Under the pieces are notes generated by a model. That model saw only the letters and a program-made list of their open reading frames with translations, had not been told where the DNA came from and ran no database searches. The position numbers were made by a program, and so were the translations under genes. A DNA stretch of 64,000 nucleotides from Squalus acanthias (lineage: Eukaryota), in the NCBI GenBank assembly GCA_030390025.1, contig CM059432.1:23438001-23502000 (forward strand), in the 5' to 3' direction. Of this stretch, positions 44,199-56,488 are shown one piece after another (positions within the stretch are counted from its first letter, which is position 1; every line of letters begins with the position of its first letter).

Positions 44199-47100
44199 AT
44201 TTGTTTCTCCCTCAGCCCTGTGATCTGCCCCGCAGCCCGACCTCTAAAGCTGCTCCCGATGGCGCCATGTTATTGGCCCAGAGACCTTTCAGTGCCTCTC
44301 GGCCCTTCAGGCCCACTCACCCCGACTGGCTCTTCGCCAGAAGCCACCTGAGACTCAGCATCGTGGCCTGGTCCAGGAAGGAGCCGATTTACAGCCTCGT
44401 GAGTCAGCGACTTTCCTCAGGCTTGTGGTCCGTGGACTCATTCATTCACTTCCAACCGCAGGGAGTCGGGTGGTCTGCCAGTTTTATGCGATGGCCGATG
44501 TTTGTGATCAGTCCCTTGAGGCGATAGTGGGTTTGCCACACGCTTTGGAAATTTCCTCAATATTTTTGTCGCGCTTTATATTTAACCCTCGCTGCACCCT
44601 GCGGGAAATGGGGAAGCCCGCCCAGTGAGGGGCAGCTCTGGGGCGACCCCGCACCGACCAATCAGATTCACGTTTTCACCTCACCAGCCAATGAGATATG
44701 TTACCTGTTCCCGTGCTCCGGCTCACATAGACAACACTGCCATCACACCTCCTGCGCAAACACAGTCGCTCCATTGGCCAGCACTCATCCCCCACTCTGT
44801 CCTTTCATTGGTCCAAACCAAAGCCAATTCGGTCAAAGTCAAACTGTTGTCACAAACCATGATCCGCCCTCTCATTGGTCTAAACCAAAGCCAATCCGGT
44901 CAAAGCAATTCAGCAGACAACAAACAGTGATCCGCCCTTTCATTGGTCCGTCGGTGCCAATGGGCAGAGAATCTGTCAATCAACGGTGGGCGCTGTTGAT
45001 TGGTCCGTCTCTGAGTCCCTGAGTGCAGGCGCAGATTTACATGAGCTGCAATTAGGCTGAATGGAACTTATTCAAATAAAATTCAGGGATGAGTTTCATG
45101 AACCGGGGACTCTTCCGGGGACATTGTTTGCCCAGGGACACAGTACCTCATCCAGGGACTGTCCCCGGAAAATGGGGATGTCTGGTCACCATAGGCTGAG
45201 GTATGTCACTTGGGCAGAGTAAACGGAGCTTTACTATGCATCTGATTGTTCTATAGTTGACTTGGGATTGCTTGGTACGAATAGTGGGTACCTTAACTGG
45301 GAAGAGGTCCATTCCCCCAGCAGTAATATCATTTACTTTGATCACTACAAAAAATATATTAAAAAAGCTACAAACACTTACGCAAAAATCAATAAAGAGT
45401 CCAAAATTTTAGCAGGTATTTCCAGAGGCGGAATCTCTGATGAACTTTCATGGCGGCCGTTGTCACTTCCTTAATGTGGAAATAGGTACCCAAGGACAGA
45501 AACAAAGATTCTGGAAAAACCCACAATTTTTATAAATTCTTCTGTGCTCCAAAGGACAGGTTTCAACACACAAATGACCAAAAGAGATTCTTTCCCAATA
45601 GTCAGGCAATCACAGTATTAATCAGTTCCATTAATAAAGTACATAGCGTGTCAACAGCAAGCCCGTGGCTGCCTGTTCACTCACTTGCTCGTGGCACCCA
45701 ACGGAGGCTGAAAACAAGGCACTTCAACTGGTTTGAAACACTTCTGATGGTTCAGCATCCAATGCCAGCGGGTTTTGTTTTCTTTCCAGTTGGCAACCTA
45801 GCATACATTAGCATTTCAAAGACATAGTCAGTTTCAGATGTAATTATGTTATGGACACGAGCAGCTGGTCCTGAGGGAACCAGCTTGACTAGATGCCCCC
45901 CCCCCCGCACCCATGAATTCTCCAGGCAGCTTAGTATATTGTTTACTCCAGACATGAAAACAAAGGATGTCTCTTTAAAAATACAGCCATCCAGAGGCAA
46001 ATATTTAAATTACATCCATCTGTCCATTTAAAGTCACATCAACAAAAAAACCACAATTCAGAAATGTTGCTGTTTGAGCGCGCTGCTTCTGTTACATTTC
46101 CCTCAGCAGTGAGAAATTTGCATCTTGAAAAATTACTTTTATTGTCAATAATGGTTGGCCAATTTCCGTGGAAACAGTCAGGTGATAGCTTCCACATCAA
46201 CCATCTGTAGTCACATATACTGAACTGTGAAAACAGCTGAGATTTCAGACCATAAGTATTTGCATTCTCATGAGCATCCCATGTGATCTACTTTGTGATG
46301 TTGTAATTAAATATTACAAGAATCTGTGCTATTATACCACTGATAACAATTGATTAACCATCTTATTTTCAAAGCAATTAAAAGTATAAAACAATCTCCT
46401 TGGATTTGACAATTCTCTTTTGGATTTCATGTGGGGGTCCAGAAAATTCAGCTCAGTTGAAACTTTTTTGCCTGAGCTACTGTACAATTTCAAGAATGTA
46501 GAGGAAGGAACTGAGAACAACTGTTGTAGATGTATGAACTTGTGCTTTATAGTATTTGCCTAAGATCTTTGTAACTGTGAATTATTAATTGCAAATAAAT
46601 TGAATTCGTTGTTTTAGCCTGGAAGAAAATGGCTTAATGTGTAATACATCCCATATCTGTGAGAGGGAAGATGTGGCGGAAATCCTCCGTACAACCCATT
46701 AAGCAAATTGCTGCAATTTGGGTTAATTGTTAGACTTGTGCATGGTTCAAATGTGAAAGCTACATCTTTTAGATCATAAAATATTCAGTACAATTATGTA
46801 GATTGTGTTTTATGTCTCCTGCATGTTATGCTTTTACTGAGATTTTCATTAACAACAAAGACAACATCAGTGCTTAATCCATGCTCCCACCCTCCCCCCT
46901 CCTTATTTTGTCTCATGTCCAGTGCTGGAAAAGGAGACGACCCAAGTGATAAATCAGTCCCCCCAACCCATTGTTCTTCCCTAAATGCTAACCAGCCAAA
47001 CACAGTATTCAATGCAGGTCTAGGTGTACATCCAATCACTCAATCTTCTGCTTGCTCCTTTTTCAATGATTGTTAGTCAATTGCAGTCATTATGATAAGC

Positions 47101-47485
47101 CTTGGTTACGTGTGCAATTCACTTTCCTCATTGTTACACGTAATCAGCTGGCCTTTCGTCAATGCTGATTAGTCAATGGCACTACTTATAATTTAGCAAC
47201 TTTAGGTATATATGTAATGAAACATTGCGTTCAGTTAATGATAGTTCTTCTATTATTACAACTCTGGATGTGTCTTCAGTTGGCCAGTCTTCTCTTTCAG
47301 TTCCCTCAAGGGTGACCAGCCAGTAATTACCCAGTTATGAGTTCAGATACTTGCAGTTTGACCAGTTAACTCTTGTTTTGCCTTGATGCTGAAAGTATTT
47401 ATATTATTTCAACTCTGGGTGTACATACAGCTGGCCAGTTTCCTCCCCCTTGGTCAGCCAATGACATTGCTTATAATATTTCTAC

Positions 47486-47961
47486 AGAAAAGAAAGACTT
47501 GCATTTATATAGCGCCTTTCACGACCACCGGACCTCCCAAAGCACTTTACAGCCAATGAAGTACTTTTTGAAGTGTAGTCACTGTTGTAATTTAGTAAAT
47601 GCAGCAGCCAATTTGCGCTCAGCAAGCTCCCACAAACAGCAATGTGACAATGACCAGATAATCTGTTTTAGTAATACAAAAGCAAAATACTGCGGATGCT
47701 GGAAATCTGAAATAAAAACAGAAAATGCTGGAAATACTCAGCAGGTCAGGCAGCATCTGTGGAGACCTGAGAGAGTAGACGGGGCTTTAGTTTAACATCT
47801 CATCTGAAAGACAGCACACCTCTGACAGTGCAGCACTCCCTCAGTACTGCACTGGAGTGTCAGCCTAGATTTTTGTGCTCAGGTCTCTGGACTGGGACTA
47901 TGAACCCATAACCTTCTGACTCAGAGGCAAGGGTGCTACCAACTGAGCCACTGGCTGACAC
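47486..47961 (-). mobile_element. SacSINE1-like SINE with a Penelope-like fragment (47672-47765) replacing its middle
   Basis: SINE halves flank AATACAAAAGCAAAATACTGCGGATGCTGG..CAGCATCTGTGGAGA. Confidence 0.88.
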
Positions 47962-48214
47962 ACCTTGTGCATCTGTGCAGTCATGCCCTTGTCTTTTCAT
48001 ACTAGACAATACTTTAGCTCTGTGTATTGCCCACTCTCTTTTCCACTGCCCTTCTTCTGATGTGACTAATCAATGACAATATTTATATATTGTGACTTTG
48101 GTGGGGGAGGATGCCCTATTGGGTAAACATCCATTTATATCTCAATGGCCATTAGTCTATGACTATATTTAGACTTGTGCACCTAAGGGAAGCCATGCAG
48201 TTGATCAGTAGGCT

Positions 48215-49402
48215 CTATTTTGACCCTGAAATGAGCTTCCGAACACAGATCAGCGGCATAACTAAGACCGCCTATTTCCACCTCCGTAACATCTCCCATC
48301 TCCGCCCTTGCCTCAGCTCATCCACTGCTGAAACCCTCATCCATGCCTTTGCTACCTCTAGACTTGACTATTCCAACGCACTCCTGACTGGCCTCCCATG
48401 TTCTAGAAAGAAAGAAAGACTTGCATTTATATAGCGCCTTTCACGACCACCATACGTCCCAAACCGCTTTACAGCCAGTGAAGTACTTTTGAAGTGTAGT
48501 CACTGTTGTAATGTAGGAAACGCAGCAGCCAATTTGCACGCAGCACAAACTGCAATGAGATAATGACCAGATAATCTGTTTTTGTTATGTTGATTGAGGG
48601 ATAAATATTGGCCAGGGCACCGGGGATAACTCCCCTGCTCTTCTTAAAAATAGTCCCATGGGATCTTTTACGTCCAACTGAGAGAGCAGACGGGACCTCA
48701 GTTTAATGTCTTATCCAAAGGACAGCATCTCTGACAGTGCAGCACTCCCTCAGTACTGCACTGTAGTGTCAGCCTAGATTTTTGTGCTCAAGTCTCTGGA
48801 GTGGGACTTGAACCCACAACCTTCTGACTCACAGGTGAGGGTGCTACCATACTAAGCCACAGCTGACACTACATAAACTTGAGGTCATCCAAAACTCAGC
48901 TGCCCGTGTCCTAACTCACACCAAGTCCCGTTCACCCATCACCCCTGTGCTCGCTGACCTACACTGGCTCCCGGTTAAGCAACGCCTCGATTTCAAAATT
49001 CTCGTCCTTGTTTTCAAATCCCTCCGTGGCCTCAGCTCTCCCTATCTCTGTAATCTCCTTCAGCCCCACAACCTCCTCCCCTGCCGAGATATCTGCGCTC
49101 CTCTAATTCTGCCCTCTTGAGCATCCCTGATTATAATTGCTCAACCATTGGTGGCTGTGCCTTCTGTTGCCTAGGCCCTAAGCTCTGGAATTCCCTACCT
49201 AAACGTCTCCGCCTCTCTACCGCTCTTTCCTCCTTTAAGACGCTCCTTAAAACCTACCTCTTTGACCAAGCTTTTGGTCATCTGTCCTAATTTCTCCTTA
49301 TGTGGCTCGGTGTCAATTTTTTTTGTCTTATAAAACTCCTGTGAAGCGCCTTGGGACGTTTTATTACGTAAAGGCGCTATATATATACACAAGTTGTTGT
49401 TG
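48215..49402 (+). mobile_element. L2 LINE 3' end with SINE insertion
   Basis: FDPEMSFRTQISGITKTAYFHLRNI..AETLIHAFATSRLDYSNALL; tail AAAGGCGCTATATA..GTTGTTGTTG. Confidence 0.92.
48406..48869 (-). mobile_element. Full-length SacSINE1-like SINE
   Basis: Same family as 7499-7965. Confidence 0.9.
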
Positions 49403-50067
49403 TTCCATTTTGGCAGGCAATGGGACCATTTAACATGTTTGGAAGAAGGGTATGCAGCACAAAGATTGATTGTTCTCTCCACACATGCTGACTGACCTGC
49501 TGTGTGCTTCCAGATTTTTACTATTTTTGTTTCAGATTTCCAACATTTTATGGAAAATTAAAGAACTTGCACATTTAAAAAGCACATTGCATGATTTCAG
49601 TATGTTCCAAAGTGCGTCACTATTGTGGGGAAACACGGCAGTCAAATTGCCCAAACAGCAATGAGACAAATGAGCAGATCATGTTGGCTGTGGGTTAATT
49701 ATTAGTCAGCATTTTGCCTTTTAGCAGCGTTTACCAGCTGTGCCAAAATAATTGTCCCCCTCTATCAACCATTGCCCTTCCCTCCGTGCTAACTGGTCAA
49801 TGAAAACATTTGGGAAAAAGTCACAACTCTGGGTGTTTGGTACAACTTCTCCAGCTTGGCAGCTCTTCCATTGCCCTTCCCTGTATTTTGAACAATGACA
49901 GCAATTACCGGGTGTGTGAGCAGCTGGCTAGGAACCACCCGCACCTCCCGTCCCACCCACCTTGCAACCAGTCAGTGAACTGACTGGAACTCCGGGTGCT
50001 GGTGCAGTTGGCCGCGCTCTCTTCACTTTCTCATTACTTTCGTTGCTGGGTTTTTTAGTTGTTGCTG

Positions 50068-50084
50068 TGACTGACGTGACGTCA
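50068..50084. promoter_or_regulatory. CRE: full TGACGTCA plus adjacent TGACG half-site
   Basis: TGACTGACGTGACGTCA in apparently repeat-free sequence, upstream of TATTTAAA (50223) and a donor CAG/GTAGGA (50344/50345). Confidence 0.5.
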
Positions 50085-51394
50085 GCAGCCCAGAAGAAAT
50101 TTCCTTCACAACAATCTCCTGCACCCAGAGAGACAGATCCTGGGTATCAGGAACACACACCACACGGAGAAAGAGAGACACTGGTTCTGGGGGAGGGAAA
50201 CATGTGAACAATTCTATAGACCTATTTAAAATTGTGCAAAATAACCATGGCAACAAGAAGATTAAGCAACTAAGAGAAAAATAATAAAAAGAGAGAGAAA
50301 ATCTTCCCTTTGGAAGGAGAGAAACTGCAGGTCTCTGGAAACAGGTAGGAGATAATGATTGTGATGTATATATTTATTTATACATACATATAACCATGTA
50401 TATACACACACACACACACACATATATATATAGTAATTCCTACCACGTGTTAACAGAAAATGTACCTACGACATCTATTATAAGTTAACACAATATGCAG
50501 TCTTGAAGATCAATGAATGATTGGAGTTTTCACTTTGCAAAATGTGTTGACGTGGTTGTGTCATATTTTAGGTGAATCTCACGAGATATTTTAATCATTT
50601 AGAAAAGCACCATGCAATGCACTGAGCGTTGAAGTAAATGAATGGGATGTAACGTGGAGCTGGCTCTGTTTGCGGCCAGTGGCGTTGATTGTTATGCTGC
50701 GGATTCGAGTGTTACACCGGGAGCAACTGGCTGGCTACATTGTACGAAATGACACAAAATATCACCGCACTGAACAGAGACAGAGGAAAGGCTGCGCGCT
50801 ACTATAACGATGTTTGACTTTAGCGTTTAAACCCGAATTTGTGCGGCTGTTTGCAATTTACAGTCATAGTGGCCCGGGCAAAATCAGAAAGCATTTAAGG
50901 GGGTCAAAAACAAGTCGGTGATGCAGTTTGAGTAAAGTCATGTTTTATTGCGGTCAGACCGAGGATCTTTATTTTAAAGTTATGAATTGAAAGCGTATGG
51001 TTATTAATGTGTATTTTGTTAAACCTGGGTTGAGAATGTGAGTTAAAACGCAGAGGGACCCAGTGAGCATTCTACAAAAAAAAGACTAATTGAGGTTAGA
51101 TATCAGCAGCGTCTGGCTGTGTGATCGTTTTAAAAAAAATCTATTGCCTGCAATGTTATATTTCGTTTCTCGTCTACTGAGATTTAAGAGCAGGAGCTGA
51201 TCAAAAAGATGGAGTTCCACATATATTTTATATTTACAGCATCATGAGTGGTGTCTATGATATCATTCAGACCACGTACTGTGCACCAAGTCCTGTCTTC
51301 AATATTTACGTAGTCCCTTTCGATCTTATCTTCCTCACCCCGTAATATATTGGGCAGTAATTGTTTAACAAAATAAGTTGACCTTAAACGTCGT

Positions 51395-51645
51395 GGCTGT
51401 GTGTGCCTATGTCTATGTTGCGTGTATAAAAATGCAATATATGTACATGTATGTGTATATGTATATGCGCATTTATATGTATATGCGTGTATATGTATAT
51501 GTGTGCGTGTATGTATGTATACATGTGTATGTGCGTGAATGTATACGTACATGTGTATATAAGTGTATATGTGTATGGTTGTGTATGTGCATATATGAGT
51601 ATATGCGTGTATATGTGTATGTATATATGCGTATATACATGTATA
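51395..51645. repeat. (TG/TA) low-complexity microsatellite; continues at 53965-54140
   Basis: Directly visible. Confidence 0.9.
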
Positions 51646-53966
51646 CTTGAGGTCATCCAAAACTCAGCTGCCCGTGTCCTAACTCGCACCAAGTCCAGTG
51701 CACCAAGTCCCATTACCCCTGTGCTCGCTGACCTACATTGGCTCCCGGTTAAGCAATGCCTCGATTTTAAAATACTCATCCTTGTTTTCAAATCCCTCCA
51801 TGGCCTCACCCCTCCCTGTCTCTGTAATCTCCTCCAGCCCTGCAAACAAAACCGAGATCTCTGTCTTCTGCCAATTCTGGGCTCTTGTGCATCCCCGATT
51901 TTAATCGCTCCACCACTGGCGGCCGTGCCTTCAGCTGCCAAGGCCCTAAGCTCTGGAATTCCCTCCCTAAACCTCTCTGCCTCTCTACCTCTCTTTCGTC
52001 CTTTAAGACGCTCCTTAAAATCCATCCGTCATCTGCCCTACTATCTCCTTGTGTGGCTTGGTGTCAAATTTTGCTTGATCACTCAAGAACAATCAAGAAA
52101 AACCCAAAGATGTTTTATAAATACGTAAAGAGCAAGAAGATAACTAGGGAAAGAGTTGAGCCTATTAGAGACCAAAAAGGTAACCTGCATGTGGAGGAGG
52201 AAGACATGGGTATGGTTCTTAATGAATACTTTGTGTCTGTTCTTCACAAAAGAGAGGGTCGCTGCAGACAATTTAGTTCAGGCGGTGTGTGAAATATTAG
52301 ATGAGATAAACATAGTGAGAGAGGAAATATTAAGGGGCTTAGCATATTTGAAAGGAGACAAATTGCCAGGCCCGGATAAAATGTATCCCAGGCTGTTAAG
52401 AGAAGCAAGGGAGGAAATAGTGGAGGGTCTGACCATCATTTTCCAATCCTCTCTGGCTACAGGCGAGGTACCAGAGGACTGGAGGTTGTACAGTTGTTTA
52501 AAAAGGGAGAAAGCGAGTAATTACAGGCCAGTTAGCCTAACCTCGATGGTGGGCAAATTATTGGAATTTTTTTTTGAGGGCTAGTATTAATCGTCATTTA
52601 AAAAGGCACAGATTAATCAAGGACAGTCAGCATAGATTTGTTAAGGGAAAGTTGTGTCTGACTAATTTGATTGAATTTTTTGAGGAGGTAACAAGGAGGG
52701 TCGATGAGGATAGTGCGTTTGATGTAGTCTACATAGATTTTAGCAGGGTTATTTGACAAGGTCCGACATGTAAAAGCCCAAGGGATCCAAGGGAAAGTGG
52801 CAAGTTGGATCCAAAATTGGCTCAGTGGCAGGAACCAAAGGGTAATGGTCGATGGGTGTTTTTGCGACTGGAAAGCTGTTTCGAGTGGGGTTCCGCTGGG
52901 CTCAGTACTAGGTCCATTGCTTTTTGTGATATATATCAATGATTTAGACTTCAATGTAGGGGGCATGATTAAGAAGTTTGCAGATGGTACAAAAATTGGC
53001 CGTGTGGTTGATAGTAAGGAAGAAAGATGTAGACTGCAGGAAGATATCAATGGACTGGTCAGGTGGGCAGAAAAGTGGCAAATGGAATTCAATCCGGAGA
53101 AGTGTTAGGTAATGCATTTGGGGAGGACTAACAAGGCAAGGGAATACACAATAAATGGTAGGATATTGAGAAATATAGAGGAACAGAGAGATCTTGGAGT
53201 GCATGTCCACAGATCCCTGAAAGTAGCAGGACAGGTAGATAAGGTGGCTAAGAAGGCATTCGGGATACTTTCCTTTATTCGCCGAGGCATAGAGTATAAG
53301 AGCAGGGGGGTTATGCTAGAACTGTGTTAAACACTAGTTAGGCTACAGCTAGAGTACTGCATACGGTTCTGATCACCACATTACAGGAAAGATGTGATTG
53401 CACTAGAGAGGGTACAGAGGAGATTTACGAGGTTGTTGCCAGGCTTGGAGAAATTTAGCTATGAGGAGAGATTGGATAGGCTGGGTTGTTTTCTTTGAAA
53501 CAGAGGAGGCTGAGGGGAGATTTATTGAGGTGTATAAACTTATGAGGGGCCTAGATAGAGTAGATAGGAAGGACCTATTTCCCCTAGCAGAGAAGTCAAT
53601 AACCAGGGGGCATAGATTTAAAGTAATTGGTAGAAGGATTAGAGGGGAGTTGAGGAGAATTCTTTTTCACTTAGAAGGTGCTGGGTGTCTGGAGCTCACT
53701 GCCTGAAAGGATGGTAGAGGCAGAAACCCTCATCGCATTTAAAAAGTGCTTGGATGTGCACTTTGAAGTGCCGTAAGGCTATGGACCAAGAGCTGGAAGT
53801 GGAATTTGGCTGGATAGCTCTTTTTCGGCAGGCACAGACAAAATGAGCCGAATGGCCTCCTTCTGTGCCGTAAACTTCTATGATTCTATAACGCTCCTGT
53901 GAAGCACCTTGGGACGTTTCACTACGTTAACGGCGCTATATAAATGCAAGCTGTTTTTGTTGTTGT
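51646..53966 (+). mobile_element. L2 3' end (51646-52080 + 53891-53966) split by CR1
   Basis: LEVIQNSAARVLTRTK..LHWLPV; resumes CGCTCCTGTGAAGCACCTTGGGACG..GCGCTATATAAATGCAAG. Confidence 0.9.
52085..53890 (+). mobile_element. 5'-truncated CR1 LINE (RT to 3' end), frameshifted
   Basis: NYRPVSLTS, CLTNLIEFF, GVPLGSVLGP, KFAD motifs; tail TTCTATGATTCTATA. Confidence 0.95.
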
Positions 53967-55313
53967 GTGTATATGTGTATATACATTTATATATGTGTTT
54001 ATACATGTATGTTTATACGTGTGTATGTGTTTATGTGCACATGTGCCTATATGCATGTATTGTATGAATATACATGTATATGTGTGTATATGTGTTCGTA
54101 TGTATGTGTGTGTGTGTATATATGTAAATGTGTGTATGTACCCCATCTAAGATTTTCTCTGAGACATTTTTTTTGAGACTGAAAAGCCACATAGCATTGG
54201 GATTAGCCTTATTCCTGCTCTCATCATTGTCTGCCGGGTGGTAAGCAACCAGAACGACAAAAAAATCGTCTTGATGCAGCTTAACTACTGTACGGTTTCA
54301 TCATTAAATCTCGATATTTAAATTCAACCAAAATTCGAACCCATTTTTATTTTTTGCCATCTCCTATTGCTTGGGTGTAGTAAGCAATGAGTTCACAAAT
54401 ACCCGAGGTCTCTTTCAAATTCTTTATTGGCAAGTGAAATCCCATTTATGGATAACAGAAAAATTACTGGGTTTTTTTCTGCCACTCCATGATATTAAGA
54501 CCAGACATCCACACTGAGCTCATCAATTGTAGCTGCATCATAGTTCAGCAACTCTACCCCAGTTCGAGCAGAGGTGTGACAAGACTTAATTAGTGCATTG
54601 ATATCGACCCATTTTAAGCAAAATTGGACTTAAGCCAGTACACGTTCAATGTTGCGCAATATGCTTCTTATATGATACACTATTCAACAGCTTAAATTAT
54701 TCCCAGCACAACCACCACTACCTGACATGCCTGTAACTACTAATAGTTCGTCTAAGTTCTATATTTAGGCGACTACTCTTAATTCAGATTATCAGATAAT
54801 TTAATTTTTTGCGAACTAAATTTCCAGTTTGCAGTTACTTATGTTGCTTAATTCAAATTATTGGATAATTTAATTTTTTAATGCAGATAAACTGACTTCA
54901 GATTATCAGAAATGGACTGTAGCTCAAAATACTTTTTTCTAGTCGCAACCCAATTTGAAGGGCAGGTTCTGTGATTGTACTGCAGGATATTTGTTACAGT
55001 CCAAGTGGACATAATATGAAAATTTCCTGTGCCAATCATTGTGCTTATCTGGAATTCTATCCATCTACTATGATGGCAAGCCCCCGCAGGGGGAAAAAAA
55101 TACTGCATTGTTGTGTCAGTCTTTGAAAACAAACCTTAAATTGGTAGAACCAGTCAATCTGTGGGGTTTAAACGTGATATGCATTAGAGCGTTATTGAAA
55201 AAAAAACAGCGAGTCAGGCATGGATACCTCACTCAGCCTTCATACTCATGGGTACCCATGATTTGATGTATTTTCAGATTAAAATACCAATATCTATCAA
55301 GCACCCTCTATAT

Positions 55314-56113
55314 AAGAAAGCAGGACTTGGATTTATATACAGGAAACTCTTTATTAGCCGGCACCGACGGGACCGGCGTGGTGCCGGTTAATCAAAAAGT
55401 CCGGATAACGGAGAGTTATATCTCCCAACGTACGAGAGCCCCGTACACACTGACATGCGCCTGCATTCGGAGCTCCGTCTCCCCGGGGACCGCCAGCTGA
55501 CCATCTGTCGTGTCCGCTGCCTACCCGGGCTGCACATTCCCCTCCCAATCTACATGCTCCGATACAAGGCAAACGCCTCGGGGGTTTTTTTTAAAGTTAT
55601 TTTTAAAGGAGAGATGAAGGAAAACCCCGGTTACCTACTCAAGAATTTTGCCGGTTAAGAGAGATTTCCGGTTATTTGGGTGCCGGTTAAAAGAGAGTTT
55701 CCTGTAGTGCCCTTCACGACCTCAGTACGTTTTACAGCCAATGAAGTATTTTTGAAGTGTAGTCACTGTTGTAATATAGGAAACGTGGCAGCCAATTTGC
55801 ACACAACAAGCTTCCACAAACAGCAATGAAATAAATGACCAGATCATCTGTTTTAGCGATGTTGGTTGAGGGGTAAATGTTGGCAAGGACACTGGGGAGG
55901 ACTCCTCTGTTCTTCTTTGAATAGTGCCACAGAATCTTTTACGCCAACCTGAGAGGACAGAGGCCTCAACGGCACCTCGAACAATGCAGCACCCCCTCAG
56001 TACTGCATTGAAGTGTTAGCCTAGATTTTGTGCTCACGTTTCATGGACTGGGACTTGAACCCACAACCTTCAGACTCAGAGGTGAGAGTGCTCCAACTGA
56101 GCCACAGCTGACA
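55314..56113 (-). mobile_element. SacSINE1-like SINE with a MITE in its tail
   Basis: GACTTGGATTTATATA|..|GTGCCCTTCACGACC continues the SINE consensus. Confidence 0.88.
55340..55704. mobile_element. Tc1/mariner (pogo/Tigger-like) MITE, 365 bp
   Basis: 26-bp TIR CAGGAAACTCTTTATTAGCCGGCACC / GGTGCCGGTTAAAAGAGAGTTTCCTG; TA TSD (55338-9, 55705-6). Confidence 0.92.
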
Positions 56114-56265
56114 TGGAGATTGGGGCTGGTAAGGCGACTGATGCATGAGAGAGGTGGCTTCATCAGTGGCTTAGTGGATAAATGCATCATGTGCTGAAAC
56201 ATAAAAACAAAGGTCCAAAGTTTGTTCCCAATTTGTGGCTGATGTCAGCTAAAGTGATGGTATAG

Positions 56266-56488
56266 TAGCAAAATACTGCGGATGCTGGAAATCTGAAATA
56301 ACAACAGAAAATGCTGGCAACATTCTCTAAATTGAGAGGTCGCACAACACCAGGTTATAGTCCAACAGTTTTATTTGAAATCACAACATTCTCTAACCAT
56401 TTCCAATTCTGACGACGGGTCCCCGACTCGAAACGTTGACTCTGTTTCTCCCTCCTCGATGCTGCCTGACCTGCCGAGTGTTTCCAGG
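56266..56488. repeat. Composite Penelope-like terminal fragments
   Basis: Minus arm 56266-56318, second-family insert 56331-56382, plus arm 56405-56488 with hammerhead core. Confidence 0.8.
56404..56444 (+). ncRNA. Minimal type I hammerhead ribozyme-like motif (stem I decayed)
   Basis: CTGACGA-C-GGGTC-CCC-GACTC-GAAACGTT: core boxes, stem II and palindromic ACGT stem III. Confidence 0.6.

Larger units (their letters stand above)
42148..45193. mobile_element. Non-autonomous hAT-type DNA transposon (~3.05 kb) with nested inserts
   Basis: Termini TAGGGTGACCA / TGGTCACCATA. GGCTGAGG flanks both sides (one extra G on the left). Repeated subterminal CCGGGGAC/GTCCCCGG motifs. Confidence 0.82.
41890..45270 (+). 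mobile_element. LF-SINE-like ancient SINE (41890-42147 + 45194-45270) split by a hAT element
   Basis: AAATCCAGCCCAG..ATGGCTG..TGTGAACTGAG and GGCTGAGG..GGGCAG..AGCTTTACT resemble LF-SINE as I recall it; not aligned. Confidence 0.5.

Noticed and set aside
45751..45772. REST/RE1 site (TTCAGCATCCAATGCCAGCGG)
   Set aside because: The right half-site GGACAG is poorly matched.
51184..52128. Several 90-225 aa ORFs
   Set aside because: TG/TA microsatellite fused to an L2 fragment.
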